64,000 nucleotides of DNA from Octopus vulgaris (lineage: Eukaryota): positions 40,548,001 through 40,612,000 of the forward strand of contig OX597816.1 in NCBI GenBank assembly GCA_951406725.2. Reading direction: 5' to 3'. Position 1 is the stretch's first letter. Every line of letters begins with the position of its first letter. The position numbers and the translations under genes are program-made. The notes under the pieces were generated by a model. It ran no database searches. It worked only from the letters and a program-made list of their open reading frames with translations, and was not told the origin of the DNA. Positions 12,529-26,347 of this stretch are shown piece by piece.

Positions 12529-12679
12529 AGTTTGTCGCATATTTTATCGACAGTCAACTATCCCTACTCACACTCGTTCATACTTGTATATAGTTATATG
12601 CATAAGCACATAAACTTAATTTAATTTCATTTTCTATTATTACACGCGAGTTTTTCCCCAATTATATATATATATATAT

Positions 12680-13290
12680 GTAGGACCTTCATCAATTGTC
12701 GGCTGTCTATGTACTCCTCATTTCGTGCATTGAAAAACAATATGGGTTGCCCCCATAAATTCTAAAATGAAATTTAGGATTTATGGAGGGTCAAGGTTGG
12801 AGAAAAAATGACAGTGAAGACATACAATGAAACCGAACGAAAACATGCATGGAGGGTAGTTAGACCAGAACGAGAGGGAAATAGTGAACGTTGGGCGAAC
12901 CATTTTTTTTTAATAAGAAAAGACGGAAGAGAGATAGATGAAATACGTCCACCCGGTTCGACATCTGTGCAGGAAAGGAAAGATGGTCTTGTGAGGAAAA
13001 GAAAGATGGACGACGTTGCTCTCCGCGTTCACTATTTTTCCATCGTTTTTGTCTAATGACAGTTCATGCTTGTTTTCGTTCGGTTTCCTTGTATGTCACC
13101 ACTGTCATTTTTTGTAACCAACTTTGTCCCTACATGAATCCAAAATTTTATTGTAGAATTTATGGGAGCAACTGTCTTTGAAGACTCATGTTGTCGTTCA
13201 ATGCTCGAGAAGTAGAGAGACAGATGACAACTGATGAAGGGTCCTTTTTCTGTGTTAACTTGTCCAGTTTTCTATTTTTTGTCCATATTT
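12680..13290. mobile_element. Repeat family P2: two diverged inverted arms, each with a permuted hammerhead remnant
   Basis: About 12682-12852 is an imperfect reverse complement of about 13063-13245; left end starts at a (TA)n tract. Confidence 0.55.
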
Positions 13291-13399
13291 ACGTATTTCG
13301 TATTATTTGCAGTGATAGTGACGTCTTGTACCCATGTATGGATGCGTATTCACACACAAGCATATATGTCTCTCAATCTAGCTATATGTATATATATAT

Positions 13400-13710
13400 A
13401 CATTGAAGAAGTCATTCTAATGTTTTAGTACCTTCGGATTATTGCAGAAAATCCATACTGAAGAGGAATGTGGTTAGTAAAGTTTATATTTTTGGATATT
13501 CTTTACTTGAATCCTGATTCCGAAACGCGCGTCTATGGATAATCGTACATGGATTGATTTTCGTTACGTTACCCTCTGCCTGGATGAATAAGATTCAAGT
13601 ATTATGGTTTCTCTGGTAGACCCTTTTTTTAAGTAGAAGAAATGGCTTAGATTTTGGCTGCTATTTCTGAACTTCGGTATGTGGTGATGCATTTCTTTTG
13701 ATGACCCCTC

Positions 13711-13715
<5 letters not shown>
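13400..13715 (+). mobile_element. PLE-like 3'-end fragment in (TA)n carrying an intact hammerhead
   Basis: Contains HHR 13451-13540 and the ggctgctatttct motif shared with the 6775-8043 element; TA tracts on both sides. Confidence 0.6.
13451..13540 (+). ncRNA. Type I hammerhead ribozyme, fully canonical core, predicted GUC cleavage after 13533
   Basis: AUCCAUA-CUGAAGA-GGAAU...(AGUAAAG/CUUUACU)...AUUCC-GAAAC-GCGC-GUC|UAUGGAU: 7-bp stem I, extended stem II, palindromic GCGC loop III. Confidence 0.85.
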
Positions 13716-13747
<32 letters not shown>

Positions 13748-13825
13748 CTTCTGCTAATACATTGTATGAACCACCTCCTCGCGTTCTTGTTTTTTCTTGT
13801 TTTTCTTCGATTTTGGGGGGATATT

Positions 13826-13868
<43 letters not shown>

Positions 13869-14174
13869 GGTACACACATATATACATACATATATACTAC
13901 ATACATACATACACCCAAACACTCCCCACCATACACATATATATATATATATACACACATTCATATATATATATATACATTTGTAGGTACATATATTTGT
14001 GTGTGCGTATATACGCTTCTTTAAGTTAATTTTTTTTGCATTAGATATGCAAAATTGCTAATGAATCATCTTTATCATCATCATCAACATCATCATCACC
14101 ATTAGTTGTAAATGATGAGTATTAAAACTTTCTTTACTTGATCATATGCAGTTCTATACTTTGAAATAAGTGTT

Positions 14175-14509
14175 TCTTTTTGTTGTTGTTGTTGTTCTTG
14201 TTCTTGTTCTTGTTCTTCTTGTTCTTGTTATTCTTGTTCTTCTTCTTCTTCTTCTTCTTCTTCTCCTCCTCATTCCTTCCTCCTTCTTCTCCTCCTCCTG
14301 TCCCTCATTTTTACAGATGTGGTTGCTTTTATAATCATCATGATCACCATGATCATGATCATCATGATCATCATCGTTGTTTTAGTTGTTGCATTTATTT
14401 TTGTTCTTCCTCCTCCTCCTCTTCTTCTTCTTCCTCTTCCTCTTCTTCTTCTTCTTCTTCTTCTTCCTCTTCCTCTTCTTCTCCTTCTTCTTCATCTATT
14501 TCTTCTACA

Positions 14510-14562
<53 letters not shown>

Positions 14563-14590
14563 ATCATCATCATCATCATTATTATCATCA

Positions 14591-14643
<53 letters not shown>

Positions 14644-14662
14644 GCTGTTGTTGTTATTATTA

Positions 14663-14705
<43 letters not shown>

Positions 14706-14734
14706 CATCATCATCATCATCATTATTATTATCA

Positions 14735-14775
<41 letters not shown>

Positions 14776-14810
14776 GTTATTATTATTGCTGTTGTTGTTA
14801 TTATTATTAA
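14175..14810. repeat. Compound (TTG)/(TTC)/(TCC)/(ATT)/(ATC) microsatellite field
   Basis: Directly visible. Confidence 0.95.
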
Positions 14811-15034
14811 TATTCCTTTACTTTTCAATACGTTTTTCCAAATTCTCATAAGTTGCGCTTGATTTTTTTCTTTATCTAGTCTGGAATAAGTATTAATGTT
14901 GTATATATTTCCCGTTTATTTCAAGTTCGTATTGTAGTTTATGTTATTAGTTTTTGTTATGCAAAACACACATACCCATAGACACACACACATAGAGACA
15001 TGCAGGCACACAGGTGTTTGCGTAAGTCGATGCA

Positions 15035-15118
<84 letters not shown>

Positions 15119-15420
15119 AATATATCTATCTATCTAACTATCTATCTATCTATCTGTCTACTTATCTGTCTGTTGTATGTCTGCCTATCTGTCTGTCTAT
15201 GTATGTATGTATTTATCTATCTATATATATATATGCTTAGATAGGCATATTTTTATGTATACAATGAAGCATACACACATGTAACTCCACATGTATTTAC
15301 ATACGCACACACATATACACAAATATATATATAAACATAAGTATTTATGTACATACGCGCACGCATATATATGTGTGTGTGTGTATATATATATACTTAT
15401 GTTTATATATATATACTTAT

Positions 15421-15462
<42 letters not shown>

Positions 15463-15628
15463 ATATATATTTACACACATGCATTTGCATTCATAGATAT
15501 ATACACTTATGCATGCACATAATGTATATACACGTGTGTATCTCAATGACTTGTTTCCTTGTGATTCGCCAAATTTTTTCTGTCATCGTGTTTGTAGCAT
15601 ATTTTGCTCATACATGCATAATTTAGTG

Positions 15629-15689
<61 letters not shown>

Positions 15690-15941
15690 ACATTTATATA
15701 CATATATAATATATATATATATATACATATATAATATATATATATATATATATACATATATAAATATATAGATATACACACATATATATATATATATATA
15801 CATATATCAACATATATATATATAAATATATATACTAATATATATATATAAATATATATACTAATATATATATATATGAAAATATATATACATATATATA
15901 TATATACATATATATATGTATATATATATATATACATACAT

Positions 15942-15982
<41 letters not shown>

Positions 15983-16556
15983 CACACATATCTATGTATT
16001 CTTCAAGTTGGTAAATTAGTACGCATTTGTACTCACAGACATACACAGCAATACATTTATGTTTTTAAGCACACCTATAGCCTCCTTTAGTTATCTCATA
16101 TTAATTATTTAAAACAAACTAGCAAAAACAGAAAACTGAAAAATGAACATGACATTCATATTGAGAGAAATCTACTTCATTGAAATACGTAAAAAATATG
16201 AAGTACGTAATATGGAATACTGAACTGTAGTGAATTCGATACAAGTCTTAGAATTATTATATTTTAATGATCGATTGATATTGCTCTATATAAACTAAGA
16301 GAGCTCTGTGTCCATGCTAGTTTGATTACAGTTCTCGTATATCACATCATACTGACTTTAAACGCGTAAGAGAAAAAATTCATTGCTCAATGTAATTCTG
16401 GAAAAAAAATTTACCCTTGTGGTTAGAGAAGCTCCCTTTGTAACCACATGATTTTGTGTTCAGTCCCTGTGTGCGGCTTCTCCGGCAATAAGTCAAGTTT
16501 CGTATACTACAGCGTTAGGTCGAAAGGTGTATGGAGGCATACGTATACATACATAC

Positions 16557-16620
<64 letters not shown>

Positions 16621-16634
16621 AATATATATATATA

Positions 16635-16708
<74 letters not shown>

Positions 16709-16739
16709 TAAATATATATACATATATATATATAAACAC

Positions 16740-16784
<45 letters not shown>

Positions 16785-17002
16785 TAATATAAGCAGCTTA
16801 GTTTAATGTAATACAATAAAGGAGACATTTAATCGTCACTAAATGTGGCTGCGGGTGCCGATACACCTACATTATTAGATATTATATTTGAAAACCCACA
16901 ATGCTGTGAAATGAGCGCAATTGTGAAACAAGATGGAAAAAAGAGTACTCATATACCAGAGGTAGAGTAATGTGCTTTATTTAAAATCTGCTTTTAAATA
17001 AA

Positions 17003-17102
<100 letters not shown>

Positions 17103-17260
17103 GTTAATCCAAACAAGAAAACACAGCCACGCGAGGACGTGGAACAATTAAAGTATTATTTGACGCTCAGGAAAGAAGGGAAGGAGGGTTTAACGTTTCG
17201 AGCGGAGCTCTTCGTCGGAAACAAGGAGAAGGAAAGATCCCGAGAAGGGAAGACAGGAAA

Positions 17261-17265
<5 letters not shown>
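17103..17265 (-). mobile_element. Short TA-inserted family H with minimal hammerhead (17188-17222)
   Basis: Same family as 24736-24890, 42992-43190 and 48270-48437; GUUU-CCGACGA-A-GAGC-UCC-GCUC-GAAA-CG-UU|AAAC. Confidence 0.65.
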
Positions 17266-17329
<64 letters not shown>

Positions 17330-17383
17330 TATATACATATACATATACACTGATAGGGAAGGTAACCGCCCCTGACCGCCTCG

Positions 17384-17416
17384 GACTAGTTTCGCCTATT
17401 GTGTAGGCATCAGCAG
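17384..17416 (-). ncRNA. Degenerate minimal hammerhead
   Basis: CUGCUGA-U-GCCUA-CACAA-UAGGC-GAAAC-UA-GUC; stem I not supported. Confidence 0.3.
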
Positions 17417-19110
17417 TAATGACTACTCAAACGTAAACAGGTAGGTGCAGTGTAGTGCAATAAATGAATTATGAGTTAATAATAATAACAATAATAATAG
17501 TAGTAGTAGTAGTAGTAGTTTGTAGTAGTAGTAGTAGTAGTAGCAGTAGTAGTGATAGTCATGGCAGCCGTAGTAGTAGTAGTTGTTTTTGTTGTAGCAA
17601 TAGTGTAAGAATATAAAATGATTTGTAAAATCAAATCTATACATTAAATGAAGGTGTCTTAATTTGGAATCAGGATGTAACAAAACCATCAATCATGTAC
17701 ACAAACAAAAAAACACGTAGCCTGCTGACAGAAGCACATTACTAATTCCCCATCAGTTGATCTCAGACGGCACCTGTTACCAGCAGCAGCGAAGAAGAAC
17801 GACATACGTAAAAGGAAAAGATCTACAGAGCGGGGGCGGGGAGGACCACGGATCTGAACTGAGATGCCACTATGATAGCACTCGGTAGATTATTTTGATA
17901 CTGCTATGTGTAAAGCGATGCAGACTTCACACATTTTTTATATGCTCGTGCAAACATTGATTTCTAACATTGGTAGAAAGCTAGACACTTTTAAAGAAGC
18001 AACTGTTGATTCCAATTACTTTAGTCAATTGTTGGTAGATATTTTTAAAAATTTTATGATGAGCTAAAAAATTTGAAGAGGAATAACATAAGGTGATTTT
18101 GTATTCAGAATACAAAAAGATGTATTGAAATACCACAGAGATTATTTTATAGAATCCTATCGAATTTGCTGACACTTATACTAAGTCAATAGTTATGCTT
18201 CTCCTGTCCAATGCATTTTGATAAGCTTGTCCTTAACACCTACCCTTTCTTTAGACTTTTAGTTAGCTCTTGTTTCATATGCTCTGAGTAAGATAAATGT
18301 TTCCTTTCATAAGCCCTATGTTATTTGTGTATTATGTATTACGCATGGACGCCAAGGAAATATGTGATGCACAGCACAGGGAAAAGGTTAAGTATAAGAT
18401 AATAGATTTAGATTCTCAGCCACTCACACTAATACACACAGATAAAATTAATACAATGTTGACCTCAAATTCAGTAACGGTGTGTACTTTTAGGGAGTCC
18501 GAGTGCCAGATATGAATCAGTCTGTTCAATCCGCATCTGTAAAGCGATATCTAACAAATATACCGGTAAATTACGTCCTAGTTACTTCCTTATATCTGTT
18601 TATATGCATGAACCAACGAACGAGCGTCTAATTATTGGCTATATCTGTTGGAAATAGTAGCTAACTTCCAATTTCCGAGCCGCTACTAGTTCTTAGTGTT
18701 TGTTTGTTCTGTGGATTTCTTTATTTAATGTTTTATTTAGTAAAAAAAAAAAAAAAAAACCCTGAATACTTTCTTAAGTAAAGATTTTACCACGGGCATC
18801 TTGCTACATATCAGTACCAAGTTCATTCCTGGGATTTCTTTTATCAACGTTATCCGATGAATTCAATACAACGAATATATTCCTTCATAGATCTGGTGGA
18901 TAATATGTCCTTGTGTATTAGAACTACTTGGTTCTCTATTATGACGAAGGAGATAAGGAGAATGCTGCGAACGTAAACCTCGAGGAAGAAGCCATGGCTA
19001 TTCCATTTTTTGCTTATATAAACTGTCTCTTGGGAAGCGAAACTTTACTAGTTCAGGTACACATTCACGGACATGCACACATACACACATGCACACATGC
19101 ACACATGCAC

Positions 19111-19157
<47 letters not shown>

Positions 19158-20064
19158 AAATAAAGAAACAAACAGAAACAGTGAGATTTATGTTTCTACA
19201 GTGTGTGATTCTACAGTTGTTTTTGTGTCCGCTTTATTTGCGTGCATATTTGCTAGCTCTCTCTCTCTCCCCCCCCTCTATCCATCCATTAATCCATCCA
19301 TCCATATACGTATGTATGTATCTATCCATCTGTGTGTGTATACACATATATATTTAAGAAAGCAGATGGATGGAGACTGGGGGAGATACGCTTATAGACA
19401 AATAATAAAATAGACCAATAAATATAATTGTATATACATATACATACATACATACATACATACATAGATGCATGTATATATATATATATATACACACATC
19501 CACTTCTCTACTTTCCTGGCTACCTACCTACCTTCCTACGTACCTACCTACTTACCAATCTCTCTCTCGTTTTCTCTCTCTTTCTTTGTGTATCTTTTTT
19601 CCTATGTATCTTCGTGTCTGTCTGCCTGTACATGTATCTGTCTCTCTACCGCTTTTTCTCTCTGTTTATCATACTCTCCTGCTTCTACCTATATTTATAT
19701 CTATCATTTCACACTCTCTATTTTGGTTTCTAAATTCCTGTTCGTGCATGATATTCTCAACAATACGAATAGATTATTTTTTCCGATAGTGCCAAACAAA
19801 TATTGCAGGAAACCTGTCTAAAAGCACGTAAATGAAATAAAAGATATCATAACACACTGTCGTGCAGGTTTCGCCCTAAATATAGAAACCAGCAGACATT
19901 TTGTTAGAAGTAAAATGACTGCCAAGTTTACGAACATCTTCAGCAAAAGAAGCGCGAACATAGCAACACAAATAACAACATCATTAGCAACAGCAAAAAT
20001 AATTACCACGACAACGGCAATCATCACCCCACCACCACCACCACCACCACCACCACCACCTATT

Positions 20065-20272
20065 TCGTATCAGAGAGGACAAACAAGGACAGATAAACGG
20101 ATTAAGACGTTTATATCGACCCCAGTGCGTAACTGGTACTTATTTAATCGACCCCGAAAGAATGAAAGGCAAAGTCGACCCCGGCGAAATTTGAACTCAG
20201 AACGTAGCGGCAGACGAAATACTGCTGAGCATTTCGCCCGGTGTGCTAACGTTTCTGCCAGCTCGCCGCCGC
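20065..20272 (-). mobile_element. SINE family B
   Basis: Reverse complement of the ggcggcgagctggcagaaacgttagc head and body. Confidence 0.8.
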
Positions 20273-20283
20273 ATACAACGGTA

Positions 20284-20660
20284 AAAAGGGGGGATGATAG
20301 AGAGGTGGCCCTCCAGATACAGGAACGCCTCTAGGCATAATCGACGAACCTCTACCATCTGAGATTTCCCTGAAGCTCTATGATCAAGTGCCTTCTCCAA
20401 TTCCTTCTCTCCGACTCACAGGTCTACACTTAGAGAGATAGCATCCACTCTTGCCATTTTCATACCTTTCACACACCTTTCAATAACTCATACGAGGACA
20501 GCACATCCCTCGCCACTCTCATTTTCCTATTTGAAGTGAAACTTGAAAAACTCAATGAGAGCTCTGCCAAAGAGGAATGTATCTGTCCTCATGCCTTTCA
20601 GCCTTGTTCACCAAACAACCTCTTTCAGCACAGCCACCAGGCAAACGAAAACTGCCTAAC
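20284..20660 (-). mobile_element. Probable LINE (L1/Tx1-like) 3' end, decayed
   Basis: Minus-strand translation AVFVCLVAVLKEVVW*TRLKG...ALIEFFKFHFK resembles the conserved W..R C-terminal segment of L1/Tx1 ORF2; contains stop codons. Confidence 0.35.
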
Positions 20661-20684
20661 AACAACAATAATAATAATAACAAT

Positions 20685-20830
20685 CCTTTCTACTAAAGGC
20701 ACAGGTCCTGAAATTTGGTAGGAGGGGGTCTAGTTGATTACATCAACCCCAGTTTTTCATTCGTTTATCGACCACGAAAAGATGAAAGGCAAATCTAATA
20801 TCGGTGGAATTTGAACTCAGAACGTTGCAA

Positions 20831-20894
<64 letters not shown>

Positions 20895-20899
20895 ACTGT

Positions 20900-20955
<56 letters not shown>

Positions 20956-21120
20956 ATAATAATAATAATAATAATAATTCTTATTATTATAATGGTTTCA
21001 AATTTTGTCACAAGGGCAGCCATTTTGGGGGGAAGGGGGTGAAGTCGATTTCCTCGATCTCAGTATCGAAAGGATGAGGGGCAAAGACAAGCTCAGCGGA
21101 ATTTGAATTAAGGACGTTGC
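20685..21120 (-). mobile_element. Two decayed SINE B fragments separated by a (CTA)/(TAA) tract
   Basis: gatgaaaggcaaa..ggaatttgaactcagaacgt (about 20780-20825) and a more diverged copy (about 21070-21118). Confidence 0.6.
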
Positions 21121-21183
<63 letters not shown>

Positions 21184-22215
21184 CATAACCATTATCATCA
21201 TCATTATCACCATCATCCTCAGCGCCACCACCATCATCATCACAAACTTCATCCACCCTACCATCATTACCACTACTACCATCACCAACATGATCGTCGT
21301 CATCATTATGGCCATCGACGTTATCCTCCTAGTGGTGATTTTACTGTGCATTTTATTTATTTTTATAGGATTTCGATTTTAATTTTAGATTTTTGTGTTA
21401 TTTTGTATTTTTTGTTGCTATGTTTTCGAAGGTTTTTTTTTCTTCTTTGGATAATTCTTTTTTGGTAATATATTGTATTCTGTTAGTGTTGTTGTTGCGA
21501 TTGCTGTTAATGGTGATAATGATGGTGTGGGGAGGGAAAATGTAAAGCCAGAATCTGGAAATGAAAGAAGAGATGTTGATGCTTTTGTTGATGTTGTTGC
21601 TGTTGTTGGTGGTAGTGGTGGTTGTGGTGGTGGTGGTGGTGGTGGAGGGGCGCTGTGTCTCCCTTGTAGCCGTTTTTGAAGTACACTTTCATGATGAGGT
21701 CAGACATTTGGCTGAGCTGCGTGTGTTGTATTTTTGTATATTTTTACATCTCCTCTCCATTCGTTTTTCGAGCAAATATAAGACAAGAGGGAAAGAGAGA
21801 GAGAGAGTAATGAGAGAAACAGAGGGAGAGGAGATTGATAGAGAGTGAGCGAGAAAGGGAGAGACAGAGAGAGACACAGCGGGACTGAGAACGTCAGAGT
21901 GAGAGTAAAACAGACTCACGAAGAGAGAAAGAGAGAGAGAGAGAAAGAGAAAGAGAAAGAGAAAGTAATGAGAGGAAAGATGGCGGAGCAGAGCGATGAG
22001 TAGAAGCAAGAAATAAAAAAAAAACCCAACAAAATGACAGAAGAAAACAACAAAATGCAAAGTATTGGAAACATGTTTTGTGGAAGCGAATAACAAATAT
22101 AGTTGAATGAGTTTTGTTGTAGACCAAGACTAGCATTATTACAGACACTGGTACACAGCAAATGTATGTTTGTATGTGTTTGTGAGTGATTATGTATATA
22201 CGTGCATATATATAC

Positions 22216-22323
<108 letters not shown>

Positions 22324-22449
22324 CCGCATACATATATTTTCCCATAAATATGCAAACATATATATATTAGATATCTATAGGTCTCTCTCTCTCCCTCTCT
22401 TCCTCTCACTATATATATGTATGTATCAACCCACGTATCTATCTATTTA

Positions 22450-22483
<34 letters not shown>

Positions 22484-22500
22484 TATGTATATATGTATAT

Positions 22501-22552
<52 letters not shown>

Positions 22553-22853
22553 TTATATATATGTATATATATATATATATATATATGTATACACACACAC
22601 ATAGGCACACACATATAATGACACACTACATGCAAACACACGTAAATATAAACATGTACACCTGCGCACTCACACACACGCACACAGAGGCACGCGCACA
22701 CACAAAGACATACTGCGTACGAGAACCTGACGTGAACAGACTAAAGTTAAGCAAATACAGATGACAAGTCGTTCTCATACACGTGCGCGAGCACACACGT
22801 ACATACACACACTCGCACGGGCGCACATATACGTAAGCAGACAAATATATTCA

Positions 22854-22902
<49 letters not shown>

Positions 22903-23096
22903 TAGACACGAAAACACCAAAGACATACATATTAATCGGTATAAATTTATATGGAACATAACAAAATAAAAAAATATATAAAAAGCTCTTTGAGAGTATA
23001 AATATCCAAAAAGTTACAGTAGAAGTATTATATAACAATTAACATTGTTTTTGGAAAGAATACTAGACATTATACATGAGCAGTGGTGTGTACGTG

Positions 23097-23222
<126 letters not shown>

Positions 23223-23742
23223 ATTTTGTGCGCGCGCGTGTGTGTGTATATAGGTATGTAGGATGCGTCTGCTCCTATATAATTATATATATATTTATGT
23301 ATGCGTACGAGTATGCTTTTTGTGGATGTGTATATTTATTATAGCTGCAGAAAAACTGTTGGCATACAAAGATGATTTTTTTTACTAAGTATGGGAAGTG
23401 AAAATGTTATACAAACGTTTGATAATGCAGAAATGTGTCGGGCGAGGTTAGTAATATATCAATCAGACTTCTAATGGTACACCTATCAACCTTTCCGTGT
23501 TAACAATTACATGGAACTATCACAGTCTAAAACATTAAATGGGCGGCGTATCACATACACAGTCACGTATACGTAATATATACATGCCTGTGTGAAGGTA
23601 AATACATATATTTATATACAGACACATATATACATATATAAATATGTACATATAATGTACATTATATATAAAATATACATTAAAAGAAGAGTTCTTCGGG
23701 CATAAAGTGCATATATTCGTACGCTTATATACATGAACTCAG

Positions 23743-23781
<39 letters not shown>

Positions 23782-23906
23782 CATATATGTGAGTGTGTGT
23801 TTTTTGCGTGTGTTTGTATGTATGTGTGTATATATGTATCTAAATATGCATATGCATATATATGTATGTGTGTCCATATGTATATTTTGATTTATACATA
23901 TATATA

Positions 23907-24427
23907 CCGTAAATCCTTGAGTATAGTCCGCCCTTGAGTATAACACGCAGGGGATTTTTAGGGGATTGTACCTCTGAAAAGCCTAAACCTTGTGTATAAT
24001 ACGCACCCCTTCTCTAACGTGAGTCGTGCATAATTAAGCCAGCAGCACCTAGTCGAAAAAATGCTTCTGCACATCGTAATACAATAATGGTGATGTTCTT
24101 AATTGTTATATGGGAATGTAAATATGTTTGTAATTGTTCTTGTTACATGTTATTCTGTGTTCTGAATACTTTTATTTTAATAAATGTCGCTTACTGCAAG
24201 TTATGGATGATTCTTTTTTGACTTCATTTTTCAGGCCTAGCTTAAGGTATTTTCGCGCGCGGCATCACAAAATGCGTCTGAATAAACATTGTCAGTCAGC
24301 AAATAGAGACTCGGACATTGCTTAGAAAATATTCATTTTCATTTTTAACCTCGTATAGAGTACGCATTAGGGATTTTGGTCTTTAAATTTTGGGAAAAAA
24401 CTGCGGATTATATTCGAGGATTTACGG
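23907..24427. mobile_element. MITE, Tc1/mariner-pogo (Tigger-like) superfamily
   Basis: Terminal inverted repeats ccgtaaatccttgagtata...tatattcgaggatttacgg; TA at left flank, CA at right flank; a solo right end at about 52038-52090. Confidence 0.75.
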
Positions 24428-24688
24428 CATATATATATATATATATACTCACATATATACGGAGAGTTTTACATTGTACATACGTGTGCACGTGCGCATG
24501 CGTGTGTGCGTGTGTGAACGTATGCATATGACAGCTGAAGCACTTTGACTTGGATATTTTCATCTCAAGTTTGAGTCTTCCGATATCGTCAAGGATAAAC
24601 ATCGACTTTATTTAAACCACTGCCTTTCAAATATATCTATGCTCATGGAAACTTACTCTGTTACAATGCCAACAAAACATATATATAC

Positions 24689-24735
<47 letters not shown>

Positions 24736-24737
<2 letters not shown>

Positions 24738-24890
24738 TAATCCAAACGGGAAAACAGAAAAAACAACAACACGTGGAACAATTAAAGTATTATTATTATT
24801 AGGCGCTCAGGAAAACGGGAAGAAGGAGGGTATGACGTTTCGAGCGGAGCTCTTCGTCGGAAACATAAGAGAAGGAAAAAAACGCGACTA
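24736..24890 (-). mobile_element. Family H copy with minimal hammerhead (24830-24864, GUC site)
   Basis: gttaatccaaac...gacgtttcgagcggagctcttcgtcggaaac. Confidence 0.65.
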
Positions 24891-24901
24891 GTTTTTACGA
24901 A

Positions 24902-24937
<36 letters not shown>

Positions 24938-24939
<2 letters not shown>

Positions 24940-25218
24940 AGGCGCAATGGCCCAGTGGTTAGGGTAGCGGACTCGCGGTCGTAGGATCGCGGTTTCGATT
25001 CCCAGACCAGGCGTTGTGTGTGTTTATTGAGCGAAAACACCTAAAAAAGCTCCACGAGTCTGTACTCTTTCACCACTCTTTCTCTCACTCTTTCATCTGT
25101 TGGCCTGCGCACTTAGCCAGCGGGGTGGCGTCATTCGAAGGCTAACACAATGCGAACGCATTGTGACCAGCGATGTGTAGCAACATCTGATGGTCTGGTC
25201 GGTCACGTGATGACGTGA
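24938..25218 (+). mobile_element. SINE family C (variant 3' tail)
   Basis: A-box tggcccagtgg, B-box gtttcgattccc; 5' half near-identical to the 50785 copy, 3' half different. Confidence 0.8.
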
Positions 25219-25237
25219 TATATATATATATATATAT

Positions 25238-25360
25238 AGGGGAAGAATTCACAAAAAAAAAACAAAAGACGAAGTCAGGTGGTGTAGAAAACAAATAGAT
25301 GTATTAGTTTAACGCTCGTGAAGTGAAAAAGTCTTTGACGTTTTGAGCCTACGCTCTTCC
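25238..25360 (-). mobile_element. 5'-truncated copy of the 2405-2594 family
   Basis: GAAGAGCGUAGGCUC-AAAACGUC-AAAGAC on the minus strand; truncated within the HHR core. Confidence 0.5.
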
Positions 25361-25656
25361 ATGGATAAAAAACTAACAAATTCGGAATATTAAGAACAGA
25401 TAACAGAACTGAAGGTTTATTCTTTATAGTTTAAAATTTTAAGAAAAATCATGAACACTTTTCCATATACGACAAAGCAATTTAGCATGAATATGTCTAT
25501 ACAATACATATTAAATCGGATGGTGATGTAGAAAATTTTATATCAATTGATATTAATGTGTGTATGAGTAGGTTGTGTCTGACATTGGACGTTTTCGTGG
25601 CGGATTCCTAAATGTTCCACTGAGCGGTTCTCCAAATCATATGCATGCTTCATATA

Positions 25657-25702
<46 letters not shown>

Positions 25703-26347
25703 ACTGTCTTAGAAAAAGTTCTGTAAGTGGTCTATTGAAAATGATAAATATTCAAGATGATTAGATTATTCTTATAGTCTGTATATACGGTAGTTTTACG
25801 TTGCAGTTTAATATTTACGATACGATTGTGTTTAGACAATTATTGATATGCTATTGGTGTTGAAGACTCTATGATGCTTGTGTGTGTTTGGGAAATAAAT
25901 TCTTCGTTGGGACTGCGAGTTCCTATCTATGTAGGATGCAGCGAGTAATTCTTGACTTCACAGCAATATGACCGTGACCAAATAACACAGAGGAAAACTA
26001 AACATAAGCAAATACGAATACGATAGTGATTCACATAATTAATATAGGGAGTTGAAGACTCGGAATCTATTCAATTCGTTGGCAATAATTCTGTTTCGGG
26101 TGTTGAAACCTAAAATAATTAGCAAGGGAGATAGCGCCAATTCAATCTATTAAATTTTAGAGAATAACGTATGTACAGTATGGGAGTGAAAGTGCTGTTT
26201 CAGCTAACTATTGAAATTGACAGACTTGTTTCTGTAAAATGAAGCCTCTTCACTGAAACGTACTTTACTCTGTTGACAAAGTTAAGTTTGATAAATATTT
26301 AGAAAGATGAAGTGGAAGCAAAGGGTAAAAGATATGTCAACAATATA

